DNA of 64,000 bases, from assembly GCF_020745735.1 (NCBI RefSeq), contig NW_026867487.1, forward strand, positions 3,410,001-3,474,000, read 5' to 3'. This document shows positions 24,708 to 36,550 of this stretch, piece by piece. The notes under the pieces were generated by a model that did no database searches, was not told where the DNA came from, and saw only the letters and a program-made list of their open reading frames with translations. The stretch comes from Hemiscyllium ocellatum (lineage: Eukaryota). Within the stretch, counting starts at the first letter, position 1; every line of letters starts with the position of its first letter. Made by a program: the position numbers and the translations under genes.

Positions 24708-25358
24708 GTTTTTACAAGACAGAGGTGTTCGCTGTTCGATTTCATGGGAACTATGCACTGATGTTCTGCAACGGTGGGGGATCATCTTAAGTGCGGAGTG
24801 ACCTTCTCGAATACGCCCTTCATATATCAGTATAGTTTTAACAATCAATTTGAGTGTCAAATTCTGGAACGTATGAAGAATTTGATGGTAAAGAAATAAG
24901 CTGATTTCTATTCTGTATCTCTTCTCCCGGGTATGTTTTAAGCCACTGTACCATTGGCTTCAGAGACAGGGCCACATTTGCCAGCGGATGTTTAATCTCG
25001 TTTGTGGACAAACCTCCAGGCCTGGAAGATTAACAATCTCACAGCTTCGGCTGAGAATTCTAGTAAATAGTTTTAATTCAGAACTGCTTACCCCGGGTTC
25101 AATTTAATAAAAAAATGTCTTCATATACTGATCCAAATGTCGAGTTGTATGACTCAAGAATCCACAGTACTGTACAGGGCAATATTCAACATCATTTTGC
25201 GGAACAGTGTGTGACACGAATGTATAAACATCGACAGCGAGGAAAGGAGAGGGACAGACTGACAAATGCATTGAAGGAGGAATATTAAGACATCCAGTGA
25301 GATAAATAAGTGTACGGAAAGACGGAATGTCAAGTATTGGGTTGAATACTCGTTAAAT

Positions 25359-25572
25359 NNNNNNNNNNNNNNNNNNNNNNNNNNNNNNNNNNNNNNNNNN
25401 NNNNNNNNNNNNNNNNNNNNNNNNNNNNNNNNNNNNNNNNNNNNNNNNNNNNNNNNNNNNNNNNNNNNNNNNNNNNNNNNNNNNNNNNNNNNNNNNNNNN
25501 NNNNNNNNNNNNNNNNNNNNNNNNNNNNNNNNNNNNNNNNNNNNNNNNNNNNNNNNNNNNNNNNNNNNNNNN
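25359..25572. other. Assembly gap (N run)
   Basis: 214 Ns. Confidence 1.
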
Positions 25573-27514
25573 ACCATTCAATGAATAAATGTTGTGCAAA
25601 CAGATAATCAACAAAAATAATTGACTGAAAGAACGCTTCTTAGATTCTCCAATGATGCTGTTCCCATGATGTAGCTGCAAGTGGCATTCTGCTCACACCA
25701 CATAGCCCCTTCCAGAAATGATCTGTTCCGTGATCTTTGAACAGTGTTTTCAAGTTGCATTTCCAAAACCTTGCCAGGTCCTTTCTCAGACTTTCTTATA
25801 GTTTGCTCACCACAGTACTAGTCATTAAGAACTCCATAAAGGGGCTTCGATCTTTCATTCTGTGCATGAAACATTTGGAACAGATTAGATTTTGAACAAT
25901 GTTATCACAGTTTTTAAAGTTCTCTGTTTAAATTATACATCTGTGTCATTCCCACCCTAATATCCATCGTATTCCTCACAGTGACCATTTCTGTAATTCC
26001 CGCACTGATCCTCTATATGTGTGATGATGCAGTTTTGTGTTGCGATGTTGCTTTGTACTTCTGGCCTCCCTTTCACTGATTACCTGGTGTTTTCCGCCTT
26101 TCGTATTTACAATAGATTATGGACCGCCAGTAGAGAGTGACATCGTACCACATTAAACACAAACTGATTGAAAAGGCACAGCGGTTTTTATCTTCTTAAA
26201 TCCAATCAAACGAGCGGGAAATATCTTATAATGCACAGAGACGTGCACACATACAAATAGAATGATAGAAAATAAAGCACATTCAGGCATGCCCAAAAAA
26301 GCGAGCACAAACACACCGCAAAACAGACACTAACACAAATGTCGGATTATGCATTTAACCACGTAGTGATATTCCCTGATCAACATTATAACACAGTCAG
26401 GGACAGACGTCCATACACTGTGCTGCTTAAGTTAATGCCTTAACAAACTTTGTACTGTGGTGATGCCATTATAGCTGTTTATATTATTCGGATTTTATTT
26501 CCTTTGCAAATTCCGTTTGCCTCAAAATTGGAATGCATTGATTCAAACCTGATGGATCCAACAGGCGAAAAATAAAAATGACTCCTGCTGTTAGCAACGC
26601 AGAAAACTCCTCAGTGTCAGTGAACGGAATAATGGAATAGGAATACTTGGGATGAATTCAGTTGGTTTCCAGCTGCATGACGACGCCTGAAATTCAGCTA
26701 GTCACGTTCCCCTGCTGTCTACACGCACACTCTAAAATATTTCGATTCCTGCATTGTATCCAATTATACATTATCATAGAGAATTGAAAAGTCTTGAGCA
26801 TCTATTATGGAGTTCATGACATATCACGTTAAATCACTGGTGAAGTTAACGAGCCCCATGTCAGCCCTGATTCCATTGCAGCCTGTACGTACCTCTGGAT
26901 AGTTGGGGACAACAGAACATTTGCAATAATTAATGATACAAAGAGCTAAATGACACTCTTTCTTCTTTCTAGCAATTATATGACATTGGACAGATAGTGC
27001 TGAAAAAATCTACTGGAGCTTTTGCTTGGGTTCGAACAACTGAGATAGACAAGTATAGACTAGAATAGACAACGTTGGGTCACTTTATTTGCTATATCTG
27101 AATTTTCGGATATCTTTTTTGATAAATTCCCGTATAAGACATTTGTAGTTAACTGCCAACCTCTAGGTTCTGGTAAGAAAATGTTGACGGAGAAAGAGAA
27201 CTGGTAGGGAAGCGGGAATAACAAATAAAAGAGATTATTTACAGAATGTCAGACAGTGACTGCATATTCACTCAAATCCCCTCGTTCACACTGAAAAGGC
27301 CCTGCCATCCAGATCACTGGAGACAGTTGGAAACCCATGTATTTACATTGCATGCCAATGGCAGACGTCCAATATCTTCCGTCCTCAAACCCGCCCCTCT
27401 TGTGCAGATCCATGAGGCCCGTGAGGGAAGATAAGAATCCAGATATTCGCCAAACGTCTTTGTTAATTAGACACTGAAGGACAGTGTGCCGTATTTATGT
27501 CAGACTCAGGAAGC

Positions 27515-28017
27515 ATAGTTATCTGAGTCTCTTTTACTCCTTCTTGCCTTGGTCTCCATTGCACAGATGTCCAATTTTTCTTTTTTTAACCACAATTTTA
27601 ACTTGTTTTTTTCCAGTCTCTCTGCAATATCAAGAGGAGTTTCAAACCCGGAGTTAGTCAAGTTTCATGATTGCTGTTTTGTTTTAATAGGTACCCAGTT
27701 GTGGACTCAGTCTTTAGCAGATATGCAAATCCCTGAACATTCTCTGAGACTACTTTGTATAACGAATGGATACGATCTGAGCATCTATTCTACGTACTGA
27801 TTGAGATGATGTCCAGGAATCGCTCGCAAGGGCAAATTTTGTGCTATAATGAAAATAGCAAAGCTATTAATCCAGAGTTTGAAGAAAGAACGTCTGATTC
27901 CAGAGACCTTACACACAGTATATTCACTTTGGATATCTGAAGATATCTGAAAACATGGGATATTATTGTGAACAGCAAGACAATGAGGCAGATCAGATCT
28001 CAACCCGTACAGCAACA
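27515..28017 (+). pseudogene. IgHV-like pseudogene with decayed RSS
   Basis: Start ATG->ATA, donor lost; exon from 27691 SLRLLCITNGYDLS.YSTY*..YNENSK..NPEFEER..SRDL..IF.LDI..YYC; RSS GACAATG-23-ACAGCAACA (27979-28017). Confidence 0.85.
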
Positions 28018-30387
28018 AAAAAAAAACACACTGGAGGAAATACAGATTTTTTAATCGATTCTCAACGCTCTGATATGTCGTAAAATTGCTGTAAAGAAAA
28101 TAGAGCAATAATTCAGCCCTTCATATCACTACATACTGTTTCAAATTATTATTCAATTATGTCCTCTCCACTACTATTCCCATACGCTGGCAGTTTACTA
28201 CCTTCATATCTGTGAAAGCATTGATTTTTTTTCACCTCTCTCGGAGTAACTTGGTTATGTATCCAAACTTTCGACAATTCACTGAAGAAAGGTTAACGTT
28301 CACAAGCCTTCTCCATCATTTGGCTCAAATCATAAGAAATTTAGAAAGTAAGACACTTTCTAAGAAGTATGCCACTTAGTTTAACACTCGATGAGATGAT
28401 CACTGATCTGATAATTATCAACTCTGCTTTATTGCTTTTTTCTGCATATTGATTCCTGTTACAATACGGGGTCTATCCTCCTGCTAAGTTTAAACCTGCA
28501 ACACAGACAAATATTTATCCCATGCAATAATCTGTGAAGATTTGAGAGGCCAAGAACTATTTAAAGTTAAAATTTACAAGATTATTTCTTGAAGTGTAAC
28601 AGAGAATAATTAACTAACACTCCGATTGATGGAAACAACATTTCCACACCATGCTTCCAAGGTTTTATTGCACACTTATGGAGCAGGTAGGAGTTGATTG
28701 GGCCTTGATGACTCAAAGTTAAGGATGCTACCCAAGACGCCACAGGAAACCTCCACGCAACGTGCTTATAAATTGATTAATTATTTTCATTTTGACAAGC
28801 ACGAAATATCTTCGTTCACTGATATTTCGGGGCAGACACCTACCCCTGAATAACATGACCTTATTTTGTGTAGAATTATTTGTTCTGTCCAGGGAGTGGG
28901 TGAATTTTGAATCCGGGGTGGGATGAATGCCAGAGTACTAACAGTCACAACGAAATCAAGAAATAAGGAAGAGTTTCCTCCGAAAGGGAGGACACCCTGA
29001 AGTAGAACCAAAGGTGAGGTGAATTGAATTCTTTTTGTGGCGTTGTAATGATCAACCTCGTTGTATGGTATATTTTGCTACGAGGATGGAAATTCTGAAG
29101 TACAAACTGTGTCTGAGCAAGCACACATTATTAAAAAAAAACGGTGGGCTGTAATTCTGGAAAAATGACTATGATGAAGGAATGGTTTTTCGGAATGACA
29201 GTCATCTGAGTAAAGAGAAACAAAGAACAGATGAAACATTAAAGCGTCACCAGTGCTATTATAAATGTTAGCTGGACATGCGAGTTGAGTGTAGCAAAGT
29301 CTACATGCTATTCTGTGCGTGAGTTAATATTGCTGTCAATTGTGATGATCTTGTGTGCGACTGCATTTTCTCTAATGGGATCCCCGATTACTGTGTCCTT
29401 TCTGTTGTGCACAATCAGATGGACGTGTTTTATTAACTTCAACATATTTGATACAATTTGATTTATTGTAACATATATCGAAGAGTAGTGACAAGCTCGA
29501 TTTATGAACAGTGCAGGCAGATGCTGGTAAGTTACGATACTCAGATCATGGGTTGCTTGGAAAGCATGAGGCAACAGGGTACACCACGCAGGTGAAGTAA
29601 GATTAGCGTTCGAATTAAAAGAACATTATTATTAATGTTGCAAACGCTTATATGAAATGTTAAAATAAGATCTGCTGTAGGGAGCTCGCAAGGAGTTTTC
29701 AGATGTCTGCACCATATTTAATCAATGGAGGAAAAGCAAGGAATAGATTGAATTTTTCTTCCATGGATTCATTCATTATTATTACTCCAGACAACTTACC
29801 TCCCAAAGCAAAGGCCATCTGCGTTTGAAGAGAGATAAAGTTAGTGAGACCACAGTCCAGATAAACATTTATAATTTTTTGAACGTTTCCAAAATCAGAC
29901 TCTGGGACAGATTGCACAACATACAGCAGTACTGAAAATACACTGATATACAAATGGAAATACATGGGAACAAATATGAACATGCAAACATTCATAATAA
30001 CACAGTGGTTAATTGATTTCAGCACTTGCACCAGAATGCAGCGATACACAAATGGACAAATAGAAAGAAACACACGCAGACACAGACACAGACAGACACA
30101 CAGACAGACACACATACACACACACACGCACACACGCAGAAGCTCGTGCACACAATGATCCACAAACAAATAAACCTAGGACAGAGACCAAGTGTGATGC
30201 CATTCAAATGCACAATGGATTCTGTTCTTTGAGGCTCCTGTATGCAGTAAATCAGAATATACTCCCTGAGAGAGACCGATGCAAAAGTGTGACTTCGCTC
30301 AGTGAAGAATGCCGAGAGGGTACAAAAGGGGGATTAATAAACATGAGTTTAAGCACGTACAAAACATCTGTAAAGATCGTAAAATAG

Positions 30388-30426
30388 ACAGACAGATAGA
30401 TAGATAGATAGATAGATAGATATAGA
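30388..30426. repeat. (GACA/GATA)n microsatellite
   Basis: tagacagacagatagatagatagatagatagatatagat. Confidence 0.85.
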
Positions 30427-30474
30427 TGGCGTTTCAGTATCATTGTTTGAAACTCAGAGCTCACTTGTTATATA

Positions 30475-31152
30475 TGTCACAGTGCTGCCCCTACAAAAAT
30501 GTTATGTTGTCTTTTTTGTATTTGTTTTCCCCAGTTCGGAAGACACAGCTTCGGGTATGTTTAATTTCTTTTTTAAAATGGGTTTTAGGTCCAATTTGGT
30601 TATAGTTCATAGATATTGTCTCAGCAAATAGCATTCAAGTCTTAAAAAAAACACTTGCACAATTCAAGTTTGGTGATCAGTCTCAGCATTTCTGTCATTT
30701 GGTTTGTTTTGGTTTGTGCGTCTGGCTGTTCAGAGCAAGCAGGCAGTTTTCAGGCTGCTCGTCAAAGGAACAGCTGCATGGCAGAAGTTTTTACATCCTG
30801 AATCTCTCTGCCATCTCTCTCTCTCTCTCTTCTTAGACTTTGTGTCTGATTTTATCTTTTTTTGCCCAAGGGTGGTTCTGGGACTTGTTGCAGGAATTTG
30901 GAACATAATAATTTAATTAGGACAATCTGTTGGGTATTCGTGCAGTGTAAGTTATTCCATATTCTGTTCTCTTTTGTTTGTGCTTCATGTGGTAATCTTG
31001 CAAATAAATTCTGTTTTGTTTAAAACTAAGGAGTTGGGACAACTGGATCACTCTTGGAATATCCACTCTGCACCTGTTTAAAACAATGAGCAAAGTTAGG
31101 GTCTTGGCTACTTTCTTTAAATGTTTTGTGGTCTCTGGCCTGATCAGTTTCA
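30475..31152 (+). mobile_element. Probable solo LTR
   Basis: TG...CA ends, internal (TC)n tract, 3' end ggtctctggcctgatc resembles the end of the Gypsy LTR near 62180-62200. Confidence 0.4.
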
Positions 31153-32050
31153 GATGTCAGGAGTGAAACACACGCCGCGAGAAAATCAAGATAACTACGA
31201 ATCAAACTTCCACCCAATAGTTTCCTGGAGCTGCTGACGGAATTAAGTCTGAACTGACAGCATGGCAACGATAAGGAACAAAATCATATGTGAATGCTCC
31301 CATTCCAATCCCATGCACAACTACCTGCTGGCACGTGACATGTAGATGGTGGGCTGTGAGTCACACACGCACGTACTGACACACACACCAAAGCATGCAC
31401 AGTCAAATAGACACATGCACAGAGGGAATCAGGTTGCATAAATATTCAATTATCCGAAAAGTGAGACAATTGTGCATTGCACATAAGTGCACATTGTTCT
31501 GCATTGTAATGCCGGTTTTAAAATTTACATCATTGTAATACAGTTATAACTGTCAGGATCATTTGAATTCCTGTTTATTTGCAACGTTTGCATATCTGCT
31601 ACAAACTCTGAAGATGCTGATATAAAGCCGATGGATGCAAGTGGGGGCTGCTTGGATCCAAGAACCTTTCTGGACCATCACAATCTTGTGATGGGAATGA
31701 GCTCCAGCTGATTTGGTATTGCGAACTGTGTGACTCAGCTCATCACATTTCCGTATTCTCCCCAAAGCGTTCATCAAATATTTTGATTGCTGCAACCTAT
31801 CCAGCTCCCCTTTGAGAAAACAGATTTGAAGAGCACCAAGCAAAACATCAGAGAATTCATTCATATCACAGATTGTTGCTAATATCAAGTATCCCCATGA
31901 TACACTTGATCACTTTATAAATAGTGTTAACCTTTGGATAGAGCTTGATTACAGAACATTTGAAAAAAAAACATCAACGGGATTGAACATTAACATTACT
32001 ACTTTATGGAAGGAAAACCACACTGAAGAAATTGACTTGAGTTTTCTTTT

Positions 32051-32279
32051 AGGAGAAAGTGAGGACTGCAGATGCTGGAGATCAGAGCTGCAAATGTGTT
32101 GCTGGAAAAGCGCAGCAGGTCAGGCAGCATCCACGGAGCAGGAGAGAAGGAGATGAGGCTGTGGTAGCGAGTCTGTTTGAGTACGTGGCTGAAGAAGGGC
32201 TCATGCCCGAAACGTCGACTCTCCTGCTCCTTGGATGCTGCCTGACCTGCTGCGCTTTTCCAGCCACACATTTTCAGCT
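32051..32279. repeat. Penelope-associated palindromic element, 61-bp arms (32086-32146 / 32219-32279)
   Basis: Same family as 18225-18416; 3 mismatches between arms. Confidence 0.88.
32189..32216 (+). ncRNA. Minimal hammerhead ribozyme core (CUGAAGA-A-stemII-GAAAC-GUC); stem I disrupted
   Basis: CTGAAGA 32189-32195, GGGC-TCAT-GCCC stem II, GAAA 32209-32212, CGTC 32213-32216; bases immediately upstream do not pair with the GACTCTCC after the cleavage triplet. Confidence 0.6.
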
Positions 32280-32730
32280 TTGAGTTTTCTTTTATCAGGA
32301 AGGATGTAGTAGAATAGGTCAGGGAGAACGAGTGAATGTGATATGGTTGAATTTTCTGAAAGCTTTTGATAAATTCTGACATCAGTTATTATTGGACGAT
32401 CAGCAAATTCAAGGAACTATGGATATCATATCGACAACAATCGAGACTTAGTTGACAGACAGGAAACGTGGCATGGCAGTTACAGACAATTGACTAAATT
32501 CAGAAACGTCCACAATGTCTTCACTCAGGCAAAAAGAGGATGGTAAGAACCCAGTCTATTTAAGTCATTTCCTATTTGCAGATAACCAATAATTTCATGC
32601 TCAAACACGCCCCCCTCTTCTGCTAATTCTTAAACTCTGACTGACTATCAAAGTCCAGATATCCACCAAACCACTTTGTCAGTGAATGTTTGGAGGACCG
32701 GCAGCCTAATTTTACACAGTTTGAGGAAGC

Positions 32731-33217
32731 ATGCTGTCGTTGAGGTCTCTCCCTCTCTTTCTTGCTTTCTTCTCCAGTACGTACACCAAATTCATTATTT
32801 GTAAACCCAAATTTTGAAGTGGTTTTCAGTATATTTTTGTTCAGCCTTTTCAGAGTGGCAGTTACATGACCTGGATTCATACCAGTTTAACGAATTCTGC
32901 TTTCCTTTAACAGGTGCCCAGTCAGATGTGACATTGTCTCAGACAGAGACAGAGACGGGAATCCCCGGACAGTCTCTGAAATTGACGTGCAAAACCAACG
33001 GCTTTGATCTGAGCAGCTACAACATGTACTGGTACCGACAACGTCCCGGGAATGGCTTGCAGTTGTTAGCTTATTATTACAACGAAGATCTGAAGTATTT
33101 TAATCCAGAATTTGAACAACGAGTTACTGCTTCCAAAGACCTCGCAAACAATATTTTCATGTTGGAAATCAGACCATTGAGGATTTCAGACAGCGCCACA
33201 TATTACTCTGCAAGTAG
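32731..33217 (+). CDS. IgHV-like V segment, open reading frame but Cys104->Ser; leader 32731-32776, V exon 32914-33217
   Basis: Leader MLSLRSLPLFLAFFS; DVTLSQTETETGIPGQSLKLTCKTNGFDLSSYNMYWYRQRPGNGLQLLAYYYNEDLKYFNPEFEQRVTASKDLANNIFMLEIRPLRISDSATYYSAS; TCT at 33207-33209. Confidence 0.88.
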
Positions 33218-33256
33218 CACAGTGAGTCAGATCAAATAAAGACCTGTACAAAAAGT
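33218..33256 (+). other. 23-RSS (CACAGTG-23-ACAAAAAGT)
   Basis: Heptamer 33218-33224, nonamer 33248-33256. Confidence 0.93.
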
Positions 33257-36067
33257 CACAAGCGAAAATGCAATATGTTCACCAATAATTGCATAATTCA
33301 CAGCAGCTCATAGAATCAGAGTATTACAAAAAAAACCAGACTCAGACCATTACGCCCTGTTTATCTCCATCTATTGTTCCAAGCTAATTTTCAATTGTTC
33401 CCTCTCAGTTAGTCGTGCTACAGACCGGACACATTTGCAGCTGTTATATATTTCTAGATTTATCTGATCGCATCCTGAAACCTTTACTTTATTTTCCTAT
33501 TCAGCTGGATACTTTTAAAATTCATTGACAATGTGAAGAGATCAGTAGCTGGGTCAGCATTTAATGTCCACCCCTAATTGCCAGGAGGCCGTTAAGAATA
33601 AATCACAGAGCCGTGAGTCTGGAGTCATACGTAGGCCAGAACATGTAAGGACATTAGTTTCCTGAAGGACATTGGTGAATCAGTTGGGATTTTTGGACAA
33701 TCAACCTTGGATTCATGGTCACCATCAGCTTGTTAATTCCAGATGTATATTGATTTCAAATTCCATCATGTGCCATAAATATTCATACCCACAATGTATT
33801 AACTCATTTTACTGCAATTGAAAAGCCTCAGGGACATAAAAACAAAATTACCTCATTACGTCCATTGAGAGATTTCCAACACTCAATGAGATCATAGTTC
33901 TTTGTATCAACTTTAACTCCACTTTCTTGAACTCTTTTCCCATGTCCCTTGATTCACTTAGCTCGGATGAGTCTGTCTCTCTAAGCCCTGAATATACTCG
34001 ATGAAACAGCCTCTGTCGTTATTTTTTTCCACAGATTCGTTTCCCAATGAGAGAAATCTTAAATGTATGACTCCTTATTCTAATATTACGCCCTCTGCTT
34101 CCACGCTGTACGGCAGAGAAAATCAAGTTTTTTTGTGAGATAAGCTAGCTTTTGGAAACATATTTCTGGAGGACATAAATGCAAGTCTCCTGATTCAAAG
34201 GTAGAGACATTATCATGTCTCCACAAAAGCACTACTTGTAGCTTTGTTAAAATGAATTATTCTCATGGTCATAAACACAGCACATCTTTGTTTACAATCA
34301 AACCTCTGCAGATCTCCAACTAAGAAGTAATATATTTTAGTTTTGTGACATTCGCAGTGTTCCTTTGGGATTCGCTCAATACATTAATGTCTAGAGTGGA
34401 GATGAATGCATGGTCTGTTAATTCTCAGAATGAAATCAAGAAAGAAAAGCAACACTTTCCAGAAATTTGGAAGCCCACGTGAAATACAATTGACATTGAG
34501 GAGAATCACAACTGTCATCTTTATTAATGATCAGCCCCACCTCGCTCCCTCCAGACAATTTATCTACCAACAGCGGACATATGTTTCTGAACTGACCTTA
34601 GATAAATATAACAGCACCCCAAATGAACATTTCAAATCAGTGGAACATGATTCTAATCGGAAGGTGAGGTAGACAGAAGAAGACACAGCAGAACATGCAG
34701 ACATACTGAAACACACACGTAAATACCTCAAAAATCATTCAAACATAAACTGACTCACATTCACTTGCATTTACTCACTTACATTGGAATAGACACACAC
34801 ACACATAGAAACACGGATTCAAACCAAGACAAAGACACAAATAAAAACAAAGTGGGGCAGGCAGAATTTAAGGCGTTTATGTAAAATCCCAGCCAGCTGC
34901 AAAGTTCTGTCAGGAGCTCAAAATCACACTGACAGGAAACCAGTCTAACCTCGAAACAAACTGTGACCTATTTCCAAAAACTGAGCACTCCGAGCATGCA
35001 CAGAAATAGAACAGAATCAGGCGTGAAAACACCCGTTCCAATTCATAATGCAAATTATTTTCATGCCTCTAGTAAAATTTGCACTGCTGTGATGTCGGTA
35101 TAACCGGTGGCGTCATTTACATCGCATTTTCTTTACAAAACCTTTAAATTTACTGCGTCGGATGATGCTAATTTAAGGCCGGTAAGCTGTTCAGATCCCA
35201 GAATCTTTCTGGATGATCAGAAACTTCTGGAAAAGAATGATGGACTTTGGATAAGACCAATGGAGCTCCTTTGCATTGGCGGTTATGCACTGAGTGATGC
35301 AACTCATTGCAATCCCCTGTTCTCTCCAAAGCACATCCAGAAATATTTTGGTTTCTGGTAGCTATCCAACATCTCTTGGACTGAAGAGAATTGACGCGGA
35401 TCCATCACCCTATCAGGCAACGTACATGCTTACACAATGAGCTGCTTTTGAAGTAATTCCCATGATATGCCTGATCGTTTTGTAACCAGTGTGCAACTCT
35501 GGAAAGGGCAGAACATTTGGAAAGCACTAATGGGATTGGACATTAACCTCATTACTTTATGGCAATCATCTCATGCTGAAGAAAAGTATTTGCAATTTTT
35601 GTTATTATTCAGAATGTAATGAGTGGAAATGATAATGAAGAACAAGTGAACGCATTTTATCTGAACTTTCAGAAAGCTTTTTATTAAGTCCCATATAAAA
35701 TATTATCGGGCAACAGACAATATCCAGGAGCTGTGGACATCAGATTGACATGGATCGAGATTTGGTTGTCTGACAGGAATCAGGAGTGGAAATAAATGAT
35801 TTTTTTTATGTGAGTGACAGGTGGGGACTACCAATTCGCTCAATTCTCGAACATTTACAATGCTGACACACCCAACAGAAATTATAAGAGCCCCGTGTGT
35901 TGAGAATCGACATGAGACATTGATTGCAGACAACCAATATATTGTGTCCTTCTTCAGCCAATTCGCATAAATGTCGAAATAGGATCAAAGTCCAGTAATA
36001 CACGAAATTGTTTTCTTAGTGAACGACTGGAGAGCAAACTTTATCATTTAACATAGACCAAGGAAGA

Positions 36068-36550
36068 ATGCAGTCCCTGAGATTTCTCCCTCTACTTGTT
36101 TTCTTCTCCAGGGCGTATGTCAAACTACTTTTTTCATGAACTAAATTTTAAATTGATTTTCAATATCGCTGATAATCCCTTTCCCGAGAAAAACCCGGTG
36201 TCAATTCGGCTTAATGAATGCAGTTTAATTTTAGCAGGTGCCCAGTCGAATCTGATGGCGACTCAGCCGGCGGTTGAGAGAGGAATTCCCTGGAAATAAT
36301 CTGAGGCTGCCCTGTAAAACCAACAGATCGATATGGGAAAATTCAAGGTATTTTGGTAGACAGCCCTTTGGAATGGACAACAATGTCGAGTTCAATACTA
36401 TCATGAAGGCGATAAGGTTTTAATTCAGAGCTTGAAAAGCGATATACTGCTTCCAAAGACCTAACAAACACCATCTTCCCTGCTGATGTCAGAACATGCA
36501 GCTTGTTAGACAGTGACATAGATCAGATTAAGACCATTCTAAAAAGCCCC
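36068..36550 (+). pseudogene. IgHV-like pseudogene
   Basis: Leader MQSLRFLPLLVFFS with donor mutated to GG; exon from 36238 has stops and frameshifts but retains LRLPCKTN and TASKDLTNTIF; YYC and heptamer deleted, nonamer remnant left. Confidence 0.85.

Noticed and set aside
25330-25680. ORFs spanning N runs (also 51486-52014)
   Set aside because: Artefacts of assembly gaps.
31640-31850. C...LIWY motif as a further V remnant (paralogous to ~35180-35400)
   Set aside because: Cys-Trp spacing too short, no FR3 or RSS, and motif not retained in the paralogous block; treated as duplicated flank.
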